Assembly: GCF_009914755.1 (NCBI RefSeq)
Contig: NC_060936.1
Reading direction: 5' to 3' (one strand)
Length of the DNA stretch: 64,000 bases
Origin: the human T2T-CHM13v2.0 reference genome, Homo sapiens
Each line of letters begins with the position of its first letter. The first letter of the stretch is position 1. Shown here in pieces: positions 53,247-64,000 of the stretch. The position numbers and the translations under genes are program-made. A model generated the notes under the pieces. The model saw only the letters and a program-made list of their open reading frames with translations, ran no database searches and was not told the DNA's origin.

Positions 53247-55299
53247 CAGACGTACCTCATTTTATTGTGCTTCACTTTGTTTCACAGATATTGTGTTTTT
53301 TTTTTTTTTCAAATTGAACATCTGTGGCAACCCTGAGTTGAGCAAGTCTGTTGGCACCATTTTTCCAACAGCATGTGCTCACTTTGTGTCTCTGTGTCAC
53401 ATATTGGTAACTCTTGCAATATTTCAGATTTTTCATTATTATTTTATCTGTTATGGTGATCTGTGATCAGTGATCTTTGATGTTACTATTATAAATGTTT
53501 TGGGGAGTTGTCAACCATGTCCATAAAGATGGCAAACTTAATTCCCAAATGTTATATTCTCTGACTGCTCCACTGGTCTGGGTGTTCCTTCCTCTCTCTC
53601 CCTCTCCGTGGGCCTCCCTATTCCTTGAGATACAATGATACTGAAATTAGGACAATTAATAACCCTACAGGGCCTCTAAGTGTTCAAGTGAAGGAAAGAG
53701 TCCCATGTCTCTCATGTTAAATCAAAAGCTAGACATGATGAAGCTTAGTGAGGAAGGCATGCTGAAGCCAAGACAGGCCAAAAGCTAGGCCTTTTGTGCC
53801 AAACGGTTAGCCAAGTTGTGACTACAGAGGAAAAGCTCTTGAAGGAAATTAAAAGTTCTACTTCAGTGAACACATGAATGATAAGAAAGCAAAACAACCT
53901 TATTGCTGGTATGGAGAAAAGTTTTAGTGGTCTGGATAGAAGATCAAACTGGTCTCAACATTCCCTTAAGCCAAAGCCTAATCTAGAAGAAGGCCCCAAC
54001 TTTCTTCAATTCTGTGAAGGCTGAGAGAGGTGAGAAAGATGCAGAAGAAAAATTCAGAGCTAGCAGAGGTTAGTTTATCAGTTTTAAGGAAAGAAGCTCT
54101 CTCCACAACATAAAAGTGCAAAGTGAAGCAGCAAGTGCTGATGTAGAAGCTGCAGCAAGTTATCCAGAAGATCTAGCTGAGATCATTGATGAAGGTGGCT
54201 ACACCAAACAAAACAGATTTTCAATGTACATGAAACATCTCTGTATTAGAAGATGATTCCATTTAAGACTTGCATAGCCACAAAGGAGAGACCAATACTT
54301 GGCTTCAGAGGCTCAAAGGACAGGCTGACTTTCTTGTTAGGGGCAAATGCAGCTGGGTGACTTTAAATTGAAGGCAATGCTCATTCACCATTTCAAAAAT
54401 CTTAGGGGCCTTAAGAATGTTGCTAAATCTACTCTGCCTGTACTCTATAAATAGACAAGCAAAGCCTGAATGACAGCACATCTATTTACAGCATCGTTTA
54501 CTGAATATTTTAAGCCCACTGTTGAGACCTACTACTCAGCAAAAAAGATTTCTTTCAAAATATTGCAGCTCATTGACCATGCATTTGATCATCCAAGAGT
54601 TCTGATGATGTACAAGGAGATATACAACGAGTTAATGTTGACTTTGTGTCTGCAAACACAACGTCCATTCTGTAATTCATCAATCAAGGAGCAACTTTGA
54701 CTTTCAAGTCTTATTATTTAAGAAATACATTTTGTAAGGTTATAGCTGCCATAGATAGTGATTCCTCTGAAGAATCTGGAAAAGTAAATGGAAAACCTTC
54801 TGGAAAGGACTCACCATGCTAGATGCTATTAAGAACATTTATAATTCTTGGGAGGAGGTCAAAATATCAACATTAACAGGAGTTTTGAAGAAGGCAATTC
54901 CAACCCTCATGGATAACTTTGAGGGGTTCAAGACTTCAGAGGAGGAAGTAATTAGAGATGTGGTGGAAATAGCAAGAGAACTAAAATTAGCAATGGAACC
55001 TGAAGATGTGATTCAATTGCTGCAATCTTATGAGGAAAACTTGATTATGACTTGCTGAAGGCTCAGATGATAGCATTTTTTAGTAATAAATTATTTTTAA
55101 GTTAAGATACATACTTTTTTTTAGACATAATGCTATCGCACACTTATCGCACTTGAATTTGAAAATTATTTCATGTATAACCCACTACAGTATGGTGTAA
55201 ACATAACTTTTATACACACTGGGAAACCAAACAATTTGTATGACTCGCTTTATTGTGATGGTCTGGAACCAAACCTGCGATATTGTTGAGGTATGCCTG
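53247..55299 (+). mobile_element. Tigger1 DNA transposon, near full length, with a dead transposase
   Basis: TA|CAGACGTACCTC ... GAGGTATGCCTG|TA terminal inverted repeats; ORFs 54470-54700 and 54816-55058 are transposase fragments ([22 protein letters not shown]); many stops and frameshifts; internal deletion near 55045. Confidence 0.93.
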
Positions 55300-56010
55300 T
55301 ATGCCTTAAGATGAAGACCAATGACTCAATTAAAAAATCAAAAGAAAAGACAACCTGATGAACAGTCTACAAGTCTAGACAGTCGAAGTGTTTTAAATCT
55401 AGTGGAATATGGACATGAGTATTGAACTTTAAACATGATAAAGATGAAATAAACTATAGATGCATTCTTTGAAACAAAAATTACAGGTTGCTCTCAGTAA
55501 AAGATACAGCTTTTGCAAAAAAAAGATGTTCAAAAAGATCTTAAAATTATTAAATAAGAGATGGTATTATTTGAAGATGTAAGAACCAAAAGAAAATGTT
55601 TGCAGTTGGATCATAATTATCTCTCCATTAGTCCCCAGACTGTCATAGTCATAAAATTTTTTTCCAGTGGCTGGATTATTTGTATGAAAATTTATGTATG
55701 ATTTAAAGATGACACACTTTGCTTTTTTTTTTTTAAAAGACAGCACTCAAAAAATTAATGTTAATTCCTTATTGACTTTTTACTATTCATTACATGTTTT
55801 CATTTTCATGTTAGTGACTTTGTTTTTAAACATAAATTTATTTTTATGAATATGATTTGCTAGTGCTTAATTTCAGAATGACAATGTGTAATGTTTACTT
55901 TTATATAAATTTTACTGGAAATTAGTTTATCAATGTTGTATTTTAATGTAGACATTCTTAGTTTCACTGACACTTTTAATGAAATAATTTAAATTTAAAA
56001 CTCTAGTGTT

Positions 56011-56330
56011 GGCTAGGCATGGTGGCCACACCTGTAATCCTAGCACTTTGGGAGGCTGAGGCGGGAGGATTGCTTGAGCCTAGGAGTTCAAGACCAGTCT
56101 GGGAAAGATGGCAAAACCCTGTCTCTATAAAAAATACAAAAATTAGCTGGGTGTGGTGGCACATGCCTGTGGTCTCAGCTACTCAGGAGGCTGAGGTTGG
56201 AGGATTGCTTGGGCCTAGGAAGTCGAGGCTGCCATGAGCCGTGATCATGCTACTGCACCCCAGCCTGGGCAACAGAGTAAGACTCTGTCTCAAAAAACAA
56301 GCAGACAAACAAAAACTGAAAAACAAACCC
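56011..56330 (+). mobile_element. AluJ
   Basis: Dimer; TSD-like aaactctagtgtt / aaaccctagtatt. Confidence 0.9.
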
Positions 56331-56680
56331 TAGTATTACATAAAATAAATACAAATATGGTATAGCCATTTTGTCCTCGTAATACAATCAATCAAGTTTC
56401 TGCTTATCTTAGAAATATGATAATTTTAATGTTTAAAAGGGCTTGAATTTGAAAATTATTTCAGGTGTAACCCACTACACAAATACTGTAAATTTAAAAC
56501 GTTTAAAAAGGAGTCAATCTTTCAATACAATTTGTTCAAAGAATCTTTATCATCACAATATTACAGATAAGGAAACCAAGAGCTCTGGGACACAGCTATG
56601 ATTCTAACAATCTACAGTTGCTGTTGCATAAAAATTCATCAAGGTAACTCTGGTGACTTGAAAAAGTTAATTTAGATTAA

Positions 56681-56980
<300 letters not shown>

Positions 56981-57149
56981 TAAATTTTTATCAAAGTATT
57001 ATTTACAAGTAGCTAAAAAAGTTAGACAATGTTACATGGCTTATTACAGAAAACAGTGATTGCTTGTCTTCCGTTTTTACTTCTGTCCCCATCCCCAGAA
57101 GCAACAATTTTGAACTCTTTGATATGTATCTTTCGGCATTAGCCCTGTA

Positions 57150-57530
<381 letters not shown>

Positions 57531-58494
57531 TGACTTCCTCCTATCCAGTCCTCACTTTCTGCTCAACTACAGTATTCAGTCTTTCCATCGTTATGACTAT
57601 GTTAATTTTTTCCCACTAAGCCAAGGAGGGATTATTTTTCCTGTTATACAACTTTTTCTTCTTCCTGGAGGTAATATTATTATAGTGACTTCAACTCTTC
57701 ATCTGTTTTTCTAGGATTATATGATGAAGTCTTCCTATACCTTTCAACAGCTTCTTACAAAGCTTATGAATACATTTGCCTGCACAGTTAAAGTCCTGGA
57801 CATTTTCTTACTTCCCTTCCCCTCACCTCCACCTTCAGGGAAGGGAAAGATCTGAAGGCATTATCTGTTTATTCTGCAGAACCTCACCCCCACCCTTCCC
57901 TGTGCTTCATGACTGTAGTTTCTCTGGGGAAATGTTGCTAGAGAGAAAACCCTTGTATCTTGTGGTGGGGTGGAAGATGGAGAGTTCCTGACAGTGTAGC
58001 ATGGGGGTGGGCCTAGGGTCTGAGATAGACTTTCCTTATGTAGACTTTCAGACAGGCCTTTTCTTTTCAGTGCCTTGGCCTCATTCCTAACAGGTACCTT
58101 GAATTCTGAGTTTTCCTGGATTTGCTTCTCAAACCATAGCTTGCCCCTATTTCCTGCATCCCACCATTTCAGCACTGGTTTTGACTTTCCTCCATCAGTT
58201 AAGCAATCCACAGTTCTCTGATTTACTTTTAGCATTTTGATTCAGGATTATAGGTGATTTTAGTTTCATCAAAAACATAGAGTCCTCTTTCTGTTTCCTA
58301 TTTTCCTTGTTTTCAGATGACTTTTCAGAAGGGATTGGAAATGTCTTTCCTCTTCTAACTTGGAAATGGATGCCTTTTATAGACTTTTAAAGAAGGCTTT
58401 GTTTTTGTTTTCTGGCTAGCAGTACATGGTGTGACAATCCACGTGGTCTTTGGCCCATAGGGATTTGCAGAATTCCTTTATATTCAGGAGATGC

Positions 58495-58850
58495 TTTGGT
58501 TAGGGATCTTTGGTAGCAAATAAAGGAAACCAACACTGATTAACTTAAACTCACAAAATCCAAGGACAAGCTGAGTGTTCAGGTCTCAGAAGGGGCAGAG
58601 GCCAGGAGAACTACAACTACAAGGATCTCAGTAGGAGGAACTAACCAGCTGTTTCTTCACTGGGCTGTTTTAGAAGGATTGCACCCAACAATTCCTGTTC
58701 TTTTGTCACTTCACTGAAGAGTCAAATTGCAAGAAGAGAAAATCTGATTGTCCAAACTAGGATCACATGTCCATTGCTTAAGCATTCTTAGCCAAAATAC
58801 AGGGGAAGTGATATTGGCAGTCAAAACAAAACAAACAAATAAATAGATGT
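58495..58850 (-). mobile_element. Ancient MLT1 (K/L-like) LTR
   Basis: ggttagggatctttggtagcaaataaaggaaaccaac..aatctgattgtccaaactaggatcacatgtcca. Confidence 0.55.
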
Positions 58851-59373
58851 CCACGCAGGTGATAATTTTATAGGGTTGGAGAGGTTAATGGAAGCTAAGT
58901 TTGCTTTTTTGAGATCTTTCAGGCAAAATTCTCCTTGGGACATGCCAGTGCTATTGGCAAGTCACCTTTTATTATAATGTGCCTGGCTGGTACAGGCTGC
59001 ACACACTTGGAGAAGCATGGTGCACTTGCCACCATAAACTCATCTGAATTCTCTTAAGTAGGACTCTCTTGAAATGGTTTCCATAGGATATTTTGGGCTA
59101 GGGTTCTTTGGAGCAGAATTACGAAATCTTTCTAGGAAGAAAGTGCTTTTATTTTTTAAAACTCAAGTTTGAACAGCATCTTTCTAGGAAGAGTCCCTGA
59201 GATAACCGTGCTGTTTTCAGTGGGGAAAAAGTTTAGTTCTTCACTCCAGATTCCTGTGAGGACTCAGGGTCCTGTCTCTCACACTGCAGGGTAGTCACCA
59301 TAGTAATTTATGAACCATAGCTTCAGGATCAGCTTGACTTAGCATTTGAGAAAGGGAAGAACAATCAAGTATG

Positions 59374-59686
59374 TTTTCTTTTCTTTTCTATTTTTTTTTT
59401 TTTTGAGACAGAGATTCACTCTGTTGCCCACGCTGCAGTGCAGTGGCACAGTCTTGGCTCACAGTAACCTCTGCCTCTGGGGTTCAAGCAATTCTCGTGC
59501 CTCAGCCTCCTGAGTAGCTGGGACTACAGGCACATAGCACCATGCCCAGCTAATGTTTGTATTTTTAGTAAAGAAAGGGTTTCTTCATGCTGTCCAGGCT
59601 GGTCTTGAACTCCCGAGCTCTAACAATGCATTCACCTCAGCCTCCCAAAGTGCTAGGATTACAGGCGTGAGCCACCGCACCCGGCC
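59374..59686 (-). mobile_element. Alu (S/J)
   Basis: Full dimer; TSD tcaagtatgttttct / tcaagtgtgttttct. Confidence 0.9.
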
Positions 59687-61712
59687 TCAAGTGTGTTTTC
59701 TAAGTCCTTCTCTTTGCAGATCAAATGGTAATCTTTGCAGCCAAGCACCCATCTAAAATAACATCAATATTTCAGTCTCAAGAGGCAAGCCAGTCTTAAA
59801 AGTTTGTGAACTGTCAGCACAATTAAACCAAGACTCTGGCATGGCACAAAGACATTTCCCAGAAACTTTAGGCCCCAAAGAAGACTTATGTCAAACATCA
59901 GATAGAATAGTTTCAGATTTCTCAAGAAAAGGAAAATTACAGTAATATTTATAAGAGGAATCAGTACAAATCCAATGTTTTCCTAAAGTCATCAGTTCTC
60001 AGACTTCAGCATGAGAGGGCTTTTGAATAAATAATGTGGAGTTAGTGTGAATATTTGGTGTTTGGAAAATTTATTAGCCAAATTAACCTCAGAAACATTG
60101 CCCTCTTCTGGAAGGCCTTTTACATAGCTTTTCTGCAGAGGTATAATAATGCAATATGAATTTAATGAGGAACATATCTGTACCAGATCTTTTTCTAAAC
60201 CCTGCCAATCAAATGTACATGTTTAGTCCTTTCTAACAATACAAATGGAAATGTCACCTTTGAAATGCTGCCAAAGTTAGGGCCTGAGAATTACAATACA
60301 TGCAGACTATTTTAGCTGTTTTCAAAATACTTGGCATTTAGCAAATTATGTGAAACAGTATTTATCTTCGTTAGCTTAAGCAATCTACAGTATCATCCTC
60401 ATTTTGCAGAAGAGGAAGCTGAACAAGCTAGAGAATATGAGAGACAAGTATTGAAACGAAAGATTAAATGAGGCAGGCACTAAAATGACTTCAGTTTGGG
60501 ATCTGAAAGTGGGCCCCTAAGCCCTGCTTCTAAGAAGCCAGAAATTGCTTAGGATAACGTGGCCTGAAAGTGGTAAACCAAATTCAGCAAAGAAGAAAAG
60601 TGGCTTGGTGGCTGGCGAGATAATACAGTTGGCAAATTGTAAGTCTTACTGAATTACAACCAAGATAGGAAGTGATGATTTTTCTTGTTAGATTTTTAAA
60701 AGACAATGACACTGAAAGGGGGTTCAGTCAGTCTTGTCAGCTGAGTGTCCTAGAAGGAGGGGGATAATCATCTTGGGCTACAACCAGCTGAAACAAGGTA
60801 CCTTGCCCTGCTGAGGTATGAGAGGTCTAAGCAAGGAATGTGTCCCATTCTGATGATAGCGTCAACAATTCCACGATGATGGATAAAGTCTGACAACTTC
60901 TGGATTAAAACAAATTCTTGAATTCTCACCCCAATACACTATCATGCTTTTTTGTTTAATATGCTGCAAATTCAGTTCAGTGAACATTTTCTGAGCACCT
61001 CCAATTTTTAAAAAATGAACCCTAGTGTTACTATCAATGCTTCTAGAATATTTATAATAATAAATTTCTTGTGAAACATAGCAGGCAGGTCATTAATCCC
61101 TTTTAAAGTACAATTTAATGCAAGGCTTCATGACAGGAAGTGAGCATGATAATAAAAACCTTTACTGCTTAAAACCACACTTAATATTTTTACGACCCAG
61201 TCGGCCTGACAAAATATTCTTTGTGAGTCATCACTTCAAAGTGAGGGCCTGGGGACTACTGAAGACATAACAGCAGGCCTCATGCCCATTGTAGACAGCC
61301 CCTCGAACTTGAACTGCTCAGGCAAGACCTTTCAAGTAAGAAGAAACACACCAGAAGGTCACTACAGAGTGTCCTTGTGTATCCCATGGTCTAGGAAGCC
61401 ATGTGACCAGGTGCATTTATTTTCAATCTCTCAATCATATTTTTGACAGCTTAGCTTTTGTATGGTTTTACCTTTACTCATAACTGACCACATTCTACTG
61501 ACTAAAGAGATCATGAAGCCTTACGTGGTCCTATATAGTTTGTGTAGAGCTTAAATAATTATGTCAAGTTCATTACAATAAACGTTTAACCTGGAGCCAT
61601 TTGACAACTGTGGGTTGAGGGGAGAAACAGTTTGCAATGAAACACTCATTAGTTGCCTTAGTTCTTGCGAAATGGTCAAGACAGCCTTAGCATGTCTTTT
61701 AAACCAAAATAA

Positions 61713-62233
<521 letters not shown>

Positions 62234-62299
62234 TGTGAGCCACTGTGCCTGGCTTCCTCTTCTCTTTGGATTCAAAGACAATGGATTCACTCATCATCT

Positions 62300-62410
62300 A
62301 AAAATTATTGATTGAAACATGTTTCATGTACCAGACACTACTCTAGACACAGATGATTGAGCAGTGAACAAATAGGATCCCTAGACTGGTGGTGTTTACA
62401 TTCTGGCAAA
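62300..62410 (-). mobile_element. L2 3' fragment
   Basis: atgtaccagacactactctagacac..agcagtgaacaaa. Confidence 0.6.
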
Positions 62411-62660
62411 TGTTGTCTTACATGGTGGAAACCTTTTTACATGTGAACACGACCAGCCAAGCTCTTCTGTTGCCCATCTGGAACCTTCCATGTTTCTCAA
62501 AGGAAGCCACTTATTAAAGCTAAGTGGTTCTTATCTGGCTTTCGTCTCCTCTCTCCACAAATTTTCAATCTCTTTTCCCCACTATCTGCTGTTCCCAATA
62601 CACTGCCTCTTGTTTTTCATTCTTCAACTATCCTAAAAAAAAAAAAAATTAGAAAGTAAA

Positions 62661-62686
62661 CACACACACACACACACACACACACA
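62661..62686. repeat. (CA)13 microsatellite
   Basis: Seen directly. Confidence 0.95.
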
Positions 62687-62970
62687 AATCCCACATAAAC
62701 AGATGCTTGCAATTATTCTCTTCAGGAATAAGAGCAATTTTGAAATCAGGAGCTAGACCTATTTCCATTCCTACCTGGGTTCATTTATTCATTCATTTAG
62801 CAAGCATTTAAAATTATGTATTTGTAGAAATGTCTAAACTGTAGAAAAGTTTAAGGAGAAAATAACGCACCCTCATATTCCCACCATCCAGAATTAACCA
62901 CAGTTAACATCTTGGCATAATTGCTTCCAGTCTTGTGAGCACTTCATGTGGAGTTGTAAGAATAACCGTA

Positions 62971-63261
62971 GGTGAAGCATGGTGGCTCACGCCTGTAATT
63001 CCAGCACTTCGGGAGGCCGAGGTGGGTGGATTGCTTGAGACCAGCCTGGGCAACATGGTGAAACCCCGTCTCCACAAAAAAAAAATACAAAAATTAACTG
63101 GGCATAGTGGTGCGTGCTTGTAGGCCCAGTTACTTGGGAGGCTGAGATGAGAGGATCGCGTGAGCCGGGGGAGTGGAGACTGCTGTGAGCTGTGATCACA
63201 CCACTGCACTCCAGCCTGGGTGACAGACTGACACCCTGCCTCAAAAAACAAAAACAAAAAA
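62971..63261 (+). mobile_element. AluJ with a short left-arm deletion
   Basis: Dimer; ttgcttgag|accagcc junction. Confidence 0.88.
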
Positions 63262-64000
63262 CCCCAACAACCCTAAACCTAATAATAAATGCTACCCCTG
63301 TTCATCAGCACTTAACTCCATAACAGTACCCATTAGGTGCTTCATTATACTCAATTACTAGGAAGAAGAGGAATGGTTTTCATGGAATTTCCTCAAAACC
63401 TTGTTTCTTGAGATGCAGCTGAATCACATGTGGCAGCCCTTGTTGCAGAAGCTTCGCATCCCAACTCCCACTTCAGGGTCCTCGCCACGCCACCACAAAG
63501 CTTGTCTGTGTACACACGAGCATAACCCGGCAATGGCTCTTCTGTTATCTACAAAATATTTGGGTGTGGGTTTGGCGGTTGGACGCTACTGAACTCAGGC
63601 TCTTGTGAACTCAGACTTAACCGCAAATGATTAAAAACACACACATACTCTTCTCTCTCTCTGTAACATACACACACATACACACCCCATTGGCTAAAAT
63701 AATTAAAAAATGTTTAAGATAAATCATTTTTGACAGTGATTGCTCCTGGGGGAGGGGTAGCAAGTTACACTGGGAACTGCCCCAATTTCTTCCCAACTCA
63801 TGTATCCACGGGCTGGGAGGAATTTCCCAGCAAGCCTCTCCCACCCATTTGATCCTCTGGCAGTCTTGTTTCAGGGATTAAGTCTGTCTGAGTTCAGTTC
63901 TGATAAGTGACACAGAGGGAGAGGGTTTCAGTGCTTCTCATGCCTTTTGCAGGGAAAGGGATTTTTTATTTTTTCTGTCCCTGATGAGGTTGTGGTGGGG

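Overview
Primate, almost certainly human, genomic DNA. The first ~22.8 kb hold the KLHL42 (KLHDC5) gene on the + strand, recognised from its protein sequence. It has a CpG-island first exon and three coding exons (45-916, 11421-11614, 17434-17885). These splice GT-AG into a 1518-nt, 505-aa BTB-BACK-Kelch CUL3 adaptor ORF, followed by a ~4.9-kb 3'UTR with several poly(A) signals. The remaining ~41 kb is gene-free intergenic DNA, from memory the interval towards PTHLH on 12p11.22. It is dense in Alu, MIR, L1, L2, MaLR/ERV LTRs and Tigger/hAT DNA transposons, and carries a 3'-truncated 7SK pseudogene and a 39-nt 5S rRNA fragment. Nearly all other ORFs in the track are Alu, simple-repeat or chance frames; two are Tigger1 transposase relics. 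I found no convincing new biological system. The best leads are: two neighbouring tailless Pol III retrocopies, a templated insertion copied from 1.3 kb away, a fold-back hairpin at an Alu junction, several KLHL42 expression features (in-frame CUG, an AATAAA inside the CDS, a candidate cassette exon, inverted Alus around exon 2) and two AP-1/ETS motif clusters. Repeat subfamily names come from recalled consensus sequences. Repeat boundaries are approximate unless a TSD is quoted.
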